64,000 nucleotides of DNA. Origin: an uncultured Thermoleophilia bacterium. Its GTDB lineage: Bacteria; Actinomycetota; Thermoleophilia; UBA2241. A program made the position numbers and the translations under genes. Shown here piece by piece: positions 45,787-55,656 of the stretch. The stretch covers positions 544,001 through 608,000 of the forward strand of contig CAVPCT010000005.1 in assembly GCA_963702475.1 (NCBI GenBank). Reading direction: 5' to 3'. The notes beneath the pieces are model-generated. The model did not search any database. It saw only the letters and a list, made by a program, of their open reading frames with translations, and was not told the origin of the DNA. The first letter of the stretch is position 1. The number at the start of each line of letters is the position of its first letter.

Positions 45787-47388
45787 ATGACGACCGGCAG
45801 CGTCACGGCGGCGGCAACCGAAGCCGCGCGCGCGCAGTGCACACCGCGCGTGGACGACGAGTTCCTCGCGCGCCTGGCCGCGCGCGCGGCCGTCGCCGAC
45901 ACGCGCGCCACGTTCCCGGTGGAGGCGCCGTTCACCGGCGAGATCGTCGCGCACGTGCCTGAGGGCACGCCCGGCGACATCGCCGCCGCCGCCGACGCGG
46001 CCCGGCAGGCCCAGCAAGCCTGGGCCCGGACGTCCTTCGCGGAGAGGGGACGCATCCTCCTGCGCTACCACGACCTGCTCTTCGCCCGACGCGAGGAAGT
46101 CATGGACGTCGATCAGCTGGAGACGGGCAAGGCCCGGCGACACGCGTTCGAGGAAGTCATGGACCTCGCCATCTGGTCCCGCTACTACGCGCACACCGGC
46201 GAGCGTTTCCTCCGGCCCCGCCGCCGCCAGGGCGTGATCCCCGCGGTCACCTCCGTATGGGAGCTGCACCGCCCGCGCGGCGTGATCGGGTTCGTGACGC
46301 CGTGGAACTACCCGCTCACCATGGCGCTCTCGGATGCGGTGGCCGCACTCATGGCCGGCAACGGCGTGGTCGTCAAGCCCGACTCCCAGACGCCCCTCAC
46401 CTGCCTGTGGGGAGCGCGGCTGCTGGAGGAGGCGGGCTTGCCGAAGGGTCTCCTCCAGATAGTGCCGGGCCGCGGCTCAAGGCTCGGAGAGCCTCTGATC
46501 GCCGCGGCCGACTACCTCATGCTGACCGGGTCGACGGCGACCGGCCGCGTGGTCGCCGGTCACGCCGCCGCGCAGCTCAAGGACTGCTCCATGGAGCTCG
46601 GAGGCAAGAACCCCATGCTCGTGCTCCCCGACGCCGATCTCCGCCGGACGGTCGCCGGGGCAGTCCGCGGCATCATCGCCAATAGCGGGCAGCAGTGCGT
46701 GCACACCGAGCGCGTGTACGTCCACCACCACCTGTTCGAGCGCTTCTGCGGCGAGCTCTCCGCTGCGCTGCGCCGCGTGAGGCTCGAGGCGGGGTTCGCG
46801 TTCGCCGCCGACATGGGATCGCTGTCCAGCGCGGCTCAGCTGAGCCATGTGTCACAGCACGTGGACGACGCGAGATGCAAGGGCGCAAGGGTCCTCGCCG
46901 GCGGACGCCCGCGGCCGGACCTGGGGCCGTACTTCTACGAGCCCACGCTGCTGACGGGCGTCGACGAGACCATGGAGGCGTGCCGCGCCGAGACCTTCGG
47001 ACCCGTCGCGGCGGTCTACCCCTGCTCCTCCGTCGACGACATGGTACGGCGCGCCAACGACTCCGAGTACGGTCTGAACGCCAGCGTGTGGACGCGCGAC
47101 ACGCGCCTGGGACAGGCCGTGGCGGCCCGACTGCAGGCCGGCACCGTGAATGTCAATGAAGCGTACGCGGCCGCGTTCGCCTCGGCCGGACCACAGGGCG
47201 GATTCAAGCAGTCCGGCATGGGTCGCCGGCACGCGCGTCAGGGCATCGTCAAGTACACCGAGGCGCAGACGGTGGCGGTGGAGCACCTCGTGGCCATCGA
47301 TACCCCGCCCTTCCTCTCGCACGCCCAGTACGCGGACGTCCTGCCGCGGCTCCTGCTGCTCCTGCGGCGCCTGCCCTGGATCGCCTGA
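45787..47388 (+). CDS. Aldehyde dehydrogenase (succinate-semialdehyde dehydrogenase-like)
   Basis: PWNYP, TGSTATG, MELGGKNP, NSGQQC, ETFGPV, YGLNASVW, GGFKQSG. Confidence 0.92.
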   Translation: MTTGSVTAAATEAARAQCTPRVDDEFLARLAARAAVADTRATFPVEAPFTGEIVAHVPEGTPGDIAAAADAARQAQQAWARTSFAERGRILLRYHDLLFARREEVMDVDQLETGKARRHAFEEVMDLAIWSRYYAHTGERFLRPRRRQGVIPAVTSVWELHRPRGVIGFVTPWNYPLTMALSDAVAALMAGNGVVVKPDSQTPLTCLWGARLLEEAGLPKGLLQIVPGRGSRLGEPLIAAADYLMLTGSTATGRVVAGHAAAQLKDCSMELGGKNPMLVLPDADLRRTVAGAVRGIIANSGQQCVHTERVYVHHHLFERFCGELSAALRRVRLEAGFAFAADMGSLSSAAQLSHVSQHVDDARCKGARVLAGGRPRPDLGPYFYEPTLLTGVDETMEACRAETFGPVAAVYPCSSVDDMVRRANDSEYGLNASVWTRDTRLGQAVAARLQAGTVNVNEAYAAAFASAGPQGGFKQSGMGRRHARQGIVKYTEAQTVAVEHLVAIDTPPFLSHAQYADVLPRLLLLLRRLPWIA

Positions 47389-47446
47389 CCGGCGGAGCGG
47401 GAACGACGAGAGGCGCGCCGCAGAGGGCGCCTCCCCGTGAGAGGGC

Positions 47447-48148
47447 TCAGAGCGCGAACTCGTGCCGGCAGAAAGAGTCGCCGGCGCTGAGCGCATGGGT
47501 CTGGCGGTGCGCCGACGCCGGCACGCCGAGCATCCCGCAGAGGGTGCCGCGGTCGAACGGGCACACGATATCGGGGAACTCATGCGCCAGCTCGCTGTAC
47601 ACGCAGTTGCGGATCTCGATGACGGCCGTGGACGGCCCGGCGCTCACCGCGACGTTGTACCCGCTCTCGTCCATCCAGGCCGCCACGGCGTGCGGCGCCA
47701 GACGCACCGGTGTGTGCGCGTGGTCGCCGGCGATGGCAGCGGCCATCTCTTCGCCGTAGGCGCGGCCGAGCGTGAAGGCGGCCGCTTCGGCGGCGGTGGG
47801 ATCGAGTTCGGCGGCGATGAGCCGGAGGAGGCTGCGTGACAGCCGCTCGTAGCGCCGCGGAGGCAGCATGACCTCGAGCCGCTCATCGCTGATCGCATAG
47901 GTCTTCGCGGGACGGCCGCCACCCGCTCTGCGTCTCGTGCCCGTGACGAGGAGCCCGACCTCCCCGAGCTTCTCCAGATGGGCGCGTGCGACCGTGCGGT
48001 GAAGGCCGAACTCGTCCGCCACCTCGGTGGCCGTGAGCGGCTTCCCATCGCGGCGCAGGTACATGAAGATGCCGCGACGCGTAGGATCGCCGAACACGTC
48101 GGCGAGCCTGCTCAGGTACGCGCCATCACTGTCGTACGATACGCCCAC
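47447..48148 (-). CDS. ArsR-like HTH regulator with Cys-containing C-terminal sensor domain
   Basis: DPTRRGI, LHRTVARAHLEKL, GGRPAKTY, NCVY, IVCPF, FCRHEF. Confidence 0.85.
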   Translation of the reverse strand: MGVSYDSDGAYLSRLADVFGDPTRRGIFMYLRRDGKPLTATEVADEFGLHRTVARAHLEKLGEVGLLVTGTRRRAGGGRPAKTYAISDERLEVMLPPRRYERLSRSLLRLIAAELDPTAAEAAAFTLGRAYGEEMAAAIAGDHAHTPVRLAPHAVAAWMDESGYNVAVSAGPSTAVIEIRNCVYSELAHEFPDIVCPFDRGTLCGMLGVPASAHRQTHALSAGDSFCRHEFAL

Positions 48149-48355
48149 AGGTGCACACTATCGCATCGGGTCTCCGTGTCCAAGGGTACGGAGCATCACA
48201 ATACACACAAGCTGGGCGTCCTCCTCGCCTGTCGACGGCGGTCTCGGCGCCTCAGTCTCACGCCGCCTCCGCATGGAAGGCCCGGCGCGTGGGAAAGGAG
48301 CAGTCACCGGCGGGCGGAGCGTGCGGCGCCCGCCATGACTGCGAGGGAGGACACG

Positions 48356-48565
48356 ATGATCAAGGTGAAGACGTTCGCGACGCCCATCCAGATCTTCGCG
48401 ACCATCAAAGAGCTGCAGGAGCTGGACGAACGCGTGACTCAGTTCCTCAACGACGAGCACGCCGGCACGGTGTACTCGGTGAGCGACACCACCACCACCG
48501 GCGACAAGGGCGAGACCATCGGCCTCATCCGCGCCGTGGCCTACAGCACCGCGACCGAGCGTTAG
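48356..48565 (+). CDS. Small hypothetical protein (69 aa)
   Basis: GGAGG SD, MIKVKTF...ELQELDERVTQFL...GETIGLIRAVAY, GC3-rich. Confidence 0.75.
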   Translation: MIKVKTFATPIQIFATIKELQELDERVTQFLNDEHAGTVYSVSDTTTTGDKGETIGLIRAVAYSTATER

Positions 48566-48636
48566 TGGTCCCGGCGCGCGACAGCGGAGCGTCTGCGGGG
48601 AGCAGCACGGGCGGCACCGGCGCGAACGCGTCAGCT

Positions 48637-49485
48637 ATGCCGCCCGAGGCGCTGCGGGCCAACCTGCGCCTGTGGAACGCGTGGACGGCCATCCACGAGA
48701 CGTCCGAGTTCTACGACGTGGAGGGGTTCAAGGCCGGCGGCACCTCTCTGCTGCCCCTCGAGCTCGGGGAGCTCGGGCCGCTGGTGACCGAGGGCACGAC
48801 GCTGCTCCACCTGCAGTGCCACTTCGGGCTGGACACGCTGAGCTGGGCCAGGCGGGGCGCCACGGTGGTCGGCCTCGACCTGTCCGACGAGGCTGTCTCC
48901 CTGGCGCGGCGCCTGACCACCGAGACGGGCCTGGACGGGCGCGCCGAGTTCGTGTGCGCCGACGTCTACGACGCCGACGCGCATCTCGGGCGGCGCGCCT
49001 TCGACGTGGTGTTCGTGAGCTGGGGCGCCATCGAGTGGCTGCCGGACCTCGAGCGGTGGGCGGGCGTCGTCGCCCGGCACCTGCGACCCGGCGGCACGTT
49101 CTACATGGCCGAGATCCACCCGTTCGCCTACGCCCTCGACGAGGTCCCGGGCGAGCACGACGTGCAGGTGAAGTACCGGCTGCTGCCGGCGCCGGACCGG
49201 CCTGACGTGGAGCCGGTGCAGGGCAGCTACGCCGACATGGACGCCGACACCGAGGGGCTCGTCTCCTTCGGCTGGTCGCACAGCCTGGCGGAGATCCTCG
49301 GCGCCCTCACCGGCGCCGGCCTGCGCCTGGAGCACCTGCACGAGTTCCCCAGGTCGCCGGCACCGTTCTGGGACTGGATGGTGCGCGATGAGGACCGCTG
49401 GTGGTGGCTTCCGGCCGCGGATGGCGGCCTGCGGCGCGACCTGCCCTTCAGCTACTCGCTGCGCGCGACGCGCCCGCGGTCCTGA
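48637..49485 (+). CDS. Class I SAM-dependent methyltransferase (paralog 1; start could be GTG 48565)
   Basis: LLHLQCHFGLDTLSWA, GLDLS, FDVVF, WLPDL, LRPGG, EIHP. Confidence 0.88.
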   Translation: MPPEALRANLRLWNAWTAIHETSEFYDVEGFKAGGTSLLPLELGELGPLVTEGTTLLHLQCHFGLDTLSWARRGATVVGLDLSDEAVSLARRLTTETGLDGRAEFVCADVYDADAHLGRRAFDVVFVSWGAIEWLPDLERWAGVVARHLRPGGTFYMAEIHPFAYALDEVPGEHDVQVKYRLLPAPDRPDVEPVQGSYADMDADTEGLVSFGWSHSLAEILGALTGAGLRLEHLHEFPRSPAPFWDWMVRDEDRWWWLPAADGGLRRDLPFSYSLRATRPRS

Positions 49486-49496
49486 GGAGGCCGGCC

Positions 49497-50327
49497 GTGC
49501 TCGACGAGTTCCTCAAAGCCAACCTCGCCAGCTGGGACGAGTCCGTGGTGCTGCACGTGGCCTCCGAGCTCTACGACGTGGAGAGCTTCAGGGCCGGCAG
49601 GAGCTCCCTCAGCGCCCTCGAGCTCGGGGAGCTCGGCTCCTCGGTGAGCGAGGGCACCAGGCTCCTGCACCTGCAGTGCCACTTCGGGCTGGACACGCTG
49701 AGCTGGGCGCGGCGCGGCGCCGTCGTCACGGGGGTGGACTTCTCCGGCGAGGGCATCGCCGCGGCGCGCGCCCTGGCCGACGACGTCGGCCTCTCGGCGC
49801 GCGCCACCTTCGTACACAGCGACATCGAGTCGCTTCCCGAGGCGCTCGAGGGGCGCTTCGACGTCGTGTACACGTCCTGGGGCGCCCTCATCTGGCTCGG
49901 CGACCTGGAGCGCTGGGCCGAGGTGGTGGCCCACTTCCTCGCGCCGGGAGGCGTCTTCTACGTCGCGGAGTTCCACCCGTACGCCTACCTGCTCGCGGAC
50001 GACTCCACCCAAGACTCGCTTCGCGTCGGGTACCCCTACTTCCAGTACGGGGAGCCACAGCGGTTCGACGAGGAGGGCGACTACGCGGATCCGACCGCCA
50101 GGCCACGCCACACCGTCACCTACGAGTGGAACCACGGGTTCGCCGAGATCCTCGACCCGCTGCTGCGCCGCGGCCTGCGGCTGAGGTTCCTGCACGAGTT
50201 CCCGTACACGATCCCGGGCCTGCCCTTCCCGTTCCTCGAACGCTGCGAAGACGGACTGCTGCGCGTCAAGGGCCACCACGACGACGTGCCCCTCAGCTTC
50301 TCGCTGCTGATGACCAAGGAGCCCTGA
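49497..50327 (+). CDS. Class I SAM-dependent methyltransferase (paralog 2)
   Basis: LLHLQCHFGLDTLSWA, GVDFS, FDVVY, LAPGG, EFHP; GAGGAGG SD. Confidence 0.9.
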   Translation: MLDEFLKANLASWDESVVLHVASELYDVESFRAGRSSLSALELGELGSSVSEGTRLLHLQCHFGLDTLSWARRGAVVTGVDFSGEGIAAARALADDVGLSARATFVHSDIESLPEALEGRFDVVYTSWGALIWLGDLERWAEVVAHFLAPGGVFYVAEFHPYAYLLADDSTQDSLRVGYPYFQYGEPQRFDEEGDYADPTARPRHTVTYEWNHGFAEILDPLLRRGLRLRFLHEFPYTIPGLPFPFLERCEDGLLRVKGHHDDVPLSFSLLMTKEP

Positions 50328-50329
50328 CC

Positions 50330-50623
50330 ATGGCAGACGATCAGCTCGACGACCGGAGCCTCGACGAGCAGGCCGAGGGACCGGACGCCGACGGCGTCAT
50401 CGGCGACGCCGGACTGCTGCAGATCCTGGAGGCGGCGATGGAGGACGAGCGCGCCGCCCAGGAGAACTACCGGCGCGGGCGCGACGGCTGCGCCGACCCG
50501 CAGGCGCGCAGCCTCTTCGACCAGCTGCTGCGCGAGGAGGAGGCGCACGAGCGCGCCCTCTCCCGCCGCTACGCCGAGGTCAAGAAGCGCATCGGGCTCA
50601 GCGGGGCCGGGCGCGGCGACTGA
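50330..50623 (+). CDS. Small ferritin/rubrerythrin-like protein
   Basis: AMEDERAAQENY...LFDQLLREEEAH (E...ExxH half-diiron pattern). Confidence 0.75.
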   Translation: MADDQLDDRSLDEQAEGPDADGVIGDAGLLQILEAAMEDERAAQENYRRGRDGCADPQARSLFDQLLREEEAHERALSRRYAEVKKRIGLSGAGRGD

Positions 50624-50865
50624 CGTGCCGGGCGCCGGTCGCGGCGCGCCGGCTGCTGCGACTGACGGCCGGGGCCCGGGTCCCGGCGCCCGGCCGTCGT
50701 CGCGGCGAACTCCGATCGACCGGGGAACGTCTCGGCCTCCTGACGGCGCAGCTCGCGCCGGCCGTCCCTCCGCAGCCGGACTGACTCCGGCCCGCCGACG
50801 GCGTAGGATGACCGGCGGGCGTACGGAGGCACGTGCGCGCGAGGCCACATCACGGGGAGGACCAC

Positions 50866-53304
50866 ATGAGGAAGCTCTACGCCACGTACGTGCGCGCGCT
50901 CACCCTGGGCGCGGTGTTCGCCCTCACCGTAGCAGTCCTCGCGCTCGGCGCCGCCGCCGTTCCGGCGGCCCCCGCCGAGCCGACCATGAGCGTCACCGAG
51001 CTGCAGGACATCCTCGATGCGTCGCCCACCGGCACCGTGGAGGGCTACTTCAAGACGGTGCTCAAGGGCGCCGCGGTCACCAGCATCCCCGTCACCGTGC
51101 AGGCCGTCGTGCCCAACTACATCCCCCAGGGCGCGCTCATCATGTTCGCGGCCGGCGGCCCGGACATCGAGCAGATCGGCGGCATCGCGCAGGGCATGAG
51201 CGGCAGTCCCCTGTTCGTCCCCGCACACGGCGTCGACAAGCTCGTCGGCGCCGTGTCGTACGGGGACTCGTTCACCACCGGCTATCTCGGCCTCGCGACC
51301 CCGGTGGAGTACATGGCCTCCATGGAAGACACCTTTCTGCCGGCCGGCGCCATGACCTCGCTGCCTCGCGCGGTCGCCGTCGCCGGCCGCACCGTCGATC
51401 AGCTGATCATCGCGCCGTCCGTGAGCGCAGCGCGCGCAGCACGGCCCGCGGCCGGCACGTCCGTGATGACGCCGCTCGCCACCATGTCGGTGGTCGGGCT
51501 GCCATCCCGCAGCGCGATCTACAAGGACCTCGTGCGGCGCCTCGAGGCGCACGGCGTCACCGTGGCGCCGGCCGGCGCCGGCCTCATCGGTCAGGCGGTC
51601 CGCAGCGAGACGTCCCTCGATGGCGGCGCGGCGCTGGCCGTGCTCTTCGCACGGGGCGACATCCTGTACGGCGCCGCCGGCACCGTCACCTGGAACGACG
51701 GGGGCCGCGTGGTCGCGTTCGGCCACCCCCTGCTTGGGATCGGCAGCGTGGAGGCGTACCTGCTCGACGCGGCCGTGCACGGGGTCTGGTCCAGCGCCAT
51801 GATCCCCTACAAGGTCGTCTCGCCCGGCAACCTGCGCGGCAGCGTGTTGCAGGACCGCGGCACGGGCGTGGCCGGCAAGACGGGGAGCACACCCGCCGAG
51901 GTCCCCGTCACCGCCGCCGTCACCCTCCTGCCGCAGAACGTGGTCGGCACGGCCAACTCCTACGTGCCGCGCTGGGTGGTCACCAGCATGCCCGGCGGCG
52001 ACGGGCCGTACCTCACCGCAGCCGCCACCGGCGCCGCCGGCTACAACGCCAGCGACAACGCCATGATGCCCGGCAGTGCCTCCACCACGACCACCGTCGT
52101 CGTCGAGGACGCGGCCGGACAGCGCTACACCGTGGCGCGCAGCAACACCTGGGACGACGGCTTCGACGTGCTCGGCCTGCTCTCGTCAGACACCGCCCTC
52201 ATGCTCAGCACCATCGTCAGCGACCCGGACGGCGTCGCCCCGGCCACCGTGATCTCGGTCGACATGAGCGGACAGGCGTCGCCGGCGCGGAGCTCCGCGC
52301 GGATCGTCGACCTGCGCTTTCCGGCGGGGGTGAAGCCGGGCCACCGCGTGCCCTTCCAGGTGGTGCTCAACCTGTACGGCCAGACCAGCCCGCTGCTGCT
52401 CAGCGGGTCGCTGGACGTACCGGCGGGGGCGTCGGCCACCGGCACCGTCAGCGTGTACCCAGCCACATCCGCCCCGGAGGGTGAAGAGGGCATCCCGCCG
52501 GTCGGATCGGACACGTCGGGCGACGGGCGCGACACCGTCGCCGAGCGTGTCGCCGCCGTCAAGGCCCTGCCCACCAACGACCAGCTCCTGGTGCAGTTCG
52601 TACCCGACAGCATGGACTCGAGCGTCGACACGCCCGCCAAGGGGCGAAGCGCCGTACAGGCGGGGTCACTCGACGCCACGCTCACAGTGTCCGGCAGGTT
52701 CGTGACCGGCGGCCTGCAGCGCCGCACCGGCAACGTCACCATCAAGGCGACCCCGCGGTCGACCGCGTACAACGGCTCCTGCACGGTCAGCGGCGCCATC
52801 GCCGAGACCGACGGCGACACCAGCGTCGACATCTACGTGCAGCCCTACGGCACCGCCGAGCCGAGCAGGGTCGCCACCGTCCCGGCGCGCGCGGACGGCT
52901 CGGGCGGCGCCGCCTTCAGCTACGTCGTCACCGGGCTCAAGAAGAACACCGTGATCACCGCGGACTGGCGCGGCGACGCCCGCGCTCTGGGAGCCTCGGC
53001 AGGCACGCGCGTGGCAGTGGGTCAGGCGGTCAAGCTGTCGGCCGCTTCCGCAGGCGGCGGCAAGGTCAAGCTCACAGCGAGGGTACTGCCGGGCAAGACA
53101 GGCCAGACGGTCCGCTTTCAGCACCGCTCCGGCGGATCCTGGGTGACCGTCGGCACGGTCAAGGCGGGCCGCGCATCGGCCGGCGGCTGCACGGCCATGC
53201 TCACCTGGGCCGCGCCGGCCGGCACGAGCACGGTGCGCGCCGTCGCGCCGGCCACGACAGCCAACAGCGCCGGCACGAGCAAGCCGGTCGCCGTGAGGCG
53301 CTGA
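50866..53304 (+). CDS. Secreted SpoIVB-like (S55) peptidase domain protein
   Basis: Signal peptide, GYFKTV, GGIAQGMSGSP, LVGAVSY, VAFGHP; C-terminal beta-rich modules; GGAGG SD. Confidence 0.82.
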   Translation: MRKLYATYVRALTLGAVFALTVAVLALGAAAVPAAPAEPTMSVTELQDILDASPTGTVEGYFKTVLKGAAVTSIPVTVQAVVPNYIPQGALIMFAAGGPDIEQIGGIAQGMSGSPLFVPAHGVDKLVGAVSYGDSFTTGYLGLATPVEYMASMEDTFLPAGAMTSLPRAVAVAGRTVDQLIIAPSVSAARAARPAAGTSVMTPLATMSVVGLPSRSAIYKDLVRRLEAHGVTVAPAGAGLIGQAVRSETSLDGGAALAVLFARGDILYGAAGTVTWNDGGRVVAFGHPLLGIGSVEAYLLDAAVHGVWSSAMIPYKVVSPGNLRGSVLQDRGTGVAGKTGSTPAEVPVTAAVTLLPQNVVGTANSYVPRWVVTSMPGGDGPYLTAAATGAAGYNASDNAMMPGSASTTTTVVVEDAAGQRYTVARSNTWDDGFDVLGLLSSDTALMLSTIVSDPDGVAPATVISVDMSGQASPARSSARIVDLRFPAGVKPGHRVPFQVVLNLYGQTSPLLLSGSLDVPAGASATGTVSVYPATSAPEGEEGIPPVGSDTSGDGRDTVAERVAAVKALPTNDQLLVQFVPDSMDSSVDTPAKGRSAVQAGSLDATLTVSGRFVTGGLQRRTGNVTIKATPRSTAYNGSCTVSGAIAETDGDTSVDIYVQPYGTAEPSRVATVPARADGSGGAAFSYVVTGLKKNTVITADWRGDARALGASAGTRVAVGQAVKLSAASAGGGKVKLTARVLPGKTGQTVRFQHRSGGSWVTVGTVKAGRASAGGCTAMLTWAAPAGTSTVRAVAPATTANSAGTSKPVAVRR

Positions 53305-53352
53305 CGCCGCGCTCGGCACGGGGCCGAACGACCCGCGGAGCCGAACGACCGA

Positions 53353-53383
53353 CGGGCCCCGGCGGCAAAGCCGCCGGGGCCCG
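53353..53383. terminator. 14-bp hairpin after the S55 peptidase gene
   Basis: CGGGCCCCGGCGGC-AAA-GCCGCCGGGGCCCG. Confidence 0.7.
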
Positions 53384-53391
53384 CGTCACGC

Positions 53392-53420
53392 TTGACCGAC
53401 TGGCCACACGAGCGTAAGCT
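53392..53420 (+). promoter_or_regulatory. Near-consensus sigma70 promoter with no downstream protein gene
   Basis: TTGACC-N17-TAAGCT. Confidence 0.7.
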
Positions 53421-53424
53421 TTCT

Positions 53425-53550
53425 GTGCGTTTTCATAGTCTATATCTATGAACGCGCGTCCCGTCAGGGGGACGAATGTGGCGCCCGTCCCACCGGGCGC
53501 CCGGGCCCTCGAAGGCGGCGCCACCCCTCCAGGCGCCGCCTTCGGCCTGT
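53425..53550 (+). ncRNA. Candidate small RNA with four hairpins and C-rich loops
   Basis: Stems 53432-53452, 53458-53473, 53480-53501 (loop TCCCAC), 53511-53543 (loop ACCCCTCCA) directly after the promoter. Confidence 0.55.
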
Positions 53551-53585
53551 GTGGACTCAGCGTCCGCTTCTGCCTGTCCCGGCGC

Positions 53586-54452
53586 TCAGCGCTCGGGCGG
53601 TGCGCCCGCCAGCGCCCTGAACAGCTCCGGCAGCTCGGCTCTCGGCACGATCAGATCGGCGGCTGCCCGCACGTCGGCCGCCGCCTCCGCGACGGCCACG
53701 CCCAGCCCGGCCCAGCGCAGCATGTCCACGTCGTTGTGGCCGTCGCCGCACGCCACCGTCCGCGCCCGCGGCACGCCCAGCTCCGCGCACAGCCACGCCA
53801 GCGTGCCGCTCTTGCTCACGCCGCGATCGGCGATCTCGATGTACGAGGCCTGCGAGCGCACGACGTACAGGCGGTCGCCCCAGAGCCGCTGGAGCCGGGG
53901 TAACAGCTCGTCCACATCCGCCGGCTCGCTGAGGATCACGAACTTGGTCGGTGGCCGTTCCCGCACGAGGGTCTCCAGATCGACGACGCCTGCGACGCCC
54001 ACCTCGACGTACTCGGCGTAGCGCCGCGCCCACGCGTCCATCTCCTCCACGTACAGGCCGTCGTCGACGTAGGCGTTCAGATGTCGCCCGAGCCGGCGGA
54101 CCTGCCGCACCACCTCCACGGCCATGTCGGAGTCCATGCGCTGGTGCCGCAGCACCGCGCCGTCGGCAAGGTCGGCGACCATGCCGCCCTGATAGCAGAT
54201 GATGGGACCGTCCAGCAGGCCGAGGCGCGCTGCCACGCGCCGCGCGCTCACGAACATGCGCCCCGTGCACACGACGACCGTCGTCCCCGCGGCGCGCAGC
54301 ACGTCGAGCGACTCGCGCAGGCCGGAGGGAAACTCGAGCTGTGGGGACAGCAGTGTGCCGTCGAGGTCGCACGCCACGAGCGCCGCACGGCTGAGACGCT
54401 GACCCGGTCCCGGGGGGAGCGCTCCGTGGCGCCGCTGCATCGGGCCGCTCAC
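53586..54452 (-). CDS. Cof-type HAD-IIB hydrolase
   Basis: CDLDGTL, CTGR, VSKSG, GDGHNDVDML; exact start uncertain. Confidence 0.9.
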   Translation of the reverse strand: MSGPMQRRHGALPPGPGQRLSRAALVACDLDGTLLSPQLEFPSGLRESLDVLRAAGTTVVVCTGRMFVSARRVAARLGLLDGPIICYQGGMVADLADGAVLRHQRMDSDMAVEVVRQVRRLGRHLNAYVDDGLYVEEMDAWARRYAEYVEVGVAGVVDLETLVRERPPTKFVILSEPADVDELLPRLQRLWGDRLYVVRSQASYIEIADRGVSKSGTLAWLCAELGVPRARTVACGDGHNDVDMLRWAGLGVAVAEAAADVRAAADLIVPRAELPELFRALAGAPPER

Positions 54453-54495
54453 GCGGCGGTCCGCGCGCAGTGACGCCCGGCCGAGAAGCTGCGCC

Positions 54496-55098
54496 TCACC
54501 GGCGCCCGGCAGCCCCCGCGCCCTGCCCCGCCGGGGTGGCGGCGGGCTTCGCGGCGGTGCCGGTGACGCCGCTCACGACCAGGTCGACACCCTCGAGCCT
54601 CACGCCTCCGAGACGGTCGAGGTCGTCCCGCAACAGCAGGGTGACGCGCTCCTGCACGCCGAGGAGGTCGCGCCCGGGCAGCCTCGCCTCGACGCGCACG
54701 AACCAGCCGCCCGCCTCCTTGCTGAGCGCGACGCGGCAGGCCGCCGCGCCCTCGACGTGCTCGCGCACGCTACGCTGCAGTGCCTTCTCGAGGGCGTGCA
54801 CGTCCAGCCGCGCCCGCCCGTCGGCGCCGCCGAACTCGATGACCGGCCGCTTGGAGGAGCCGAGACGAAGCTGGCGGACGGCGAGGATGACGAGCACCAC
54901 GGCGACCACGGCCGTGACGCCGGCGGCGATGCTCGTGGCCAGGCTGGACCCGGCCGTGACGGTGGTCCACCACACTGGGCCCGACCACTCAAGGCCGGGC
55001 TCGGCGGCCACCACCGCCGCGCGCACCAGTGCGGCCATGCCCACGACGAGCCCGACGATCCCGACGACGACGGCGATGAAGCGTGCGGCGGGCGTCAC
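54496..55098 (-). CDS. AmaP-like membrane anchor protein
   Basis: Two TM helices plus Asp23-like beta domain; GTGA overlap; in Asp23 cluster. Confidence 0.65.
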   Translation of the reverse strand: MTPAARFIAVVVGIVGLVVGMAALVRAAVVAAEPGLEWSGPVWWTTVTAGSSLATSIAAGVTAVVAVVLVILAVRQLRLGSSKRPVIEFGGADGRARLDVHALEKALQRSVREHVEGAAACRVALSKEAGGWFVRVEARLPGRDLLGVQERVTLLLRDDLDRLGGVRLEGVDLVVSGVTGTAAKPAATPAGQGAGAAGRR

Positions 55099-55580
55099 GG
55101 CAGGTACCTCTTGAGCTCCGGCACCGTGAGGATGCGCGGCTTGACGGTGACCGCCGCGGGGTCGGCGCCGGTGACCACGAACAGACGGCGGACCACGAGG
55201 GGCTCGACCTCGGCGGCCAGGCGTGCGGGGTCGGCCAGCGGCCGCCCGTACACGCGCACCACGCCGCCGAGCCTGCCGCCCGAGGCCTTGACCTGCGCCT
55301 CGGCGCGCACCACCTCCGGGTGGCGCGCCGCGGCCTGCTCGACGAGCCGCTGCAGCGCGGTCACCGGGACGAGCACGCCGCCGGCGTCGTGCGGCAGCCA
55401 GACCGTCGGCTCGCCGTGCCGCATCACGAGCCACACGAGCAGGCCGACGACCGCCACGCCCGCGACGAGCAGCCAGGCGACCGTACCTTGGTCCTGCGGA
55501 AGGTACAGGTACGGGAAAGGTGAGAAGCCGCAGTCGAATGCCACGGCGACGAGCCGCATGGCGAAGAGCAGCGCGACCAC
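55095..55580 (-). CDS. Membrane protein of the Asp23/AmaP cluster (true start probably near 55660 with a frameshift)
   Basis: Two hydrophobic segments and soluble C-terminal domain; the frame stays open upstream of 55580. Confidence 0.6.
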   Translation of the reverse strand: MVALLFAMRLVAVAFDCGFSPFPYLYLPQDQGTVAWLLVAGVAVVGLLVWLVMRHGEPTVWLPHDAGGVLVPVTALQRLVEQAAARHPEVVRAEAQVKASGGRLGGVVRVYGRPLADPARLAAEVEPLVVRRLFVVTGADPAAVTVKPRILTVPELKRYLP

Positions 55581-55656
55581 GCCGCCGGCGAGCAGCAGGG
55601 CGAAGGTCGCGTACCGTGTGGAGGCCGGCGCCGCTACCCACGCCGGACGGCGCCTG

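Noticed and set aside
44098-47388. 1096-aa ORF as an extended aldehyde dehydrogenase
   Set aside because: The N-terminal half is antisense to the serine hydrolase; the real start is 45787 with a GGAGG SD
53448-53903. 151-aa ORF downstream of the orphan promoter
   Set aside because: No SD, runs through strong hairpins and overlaps the HAD gene antisense
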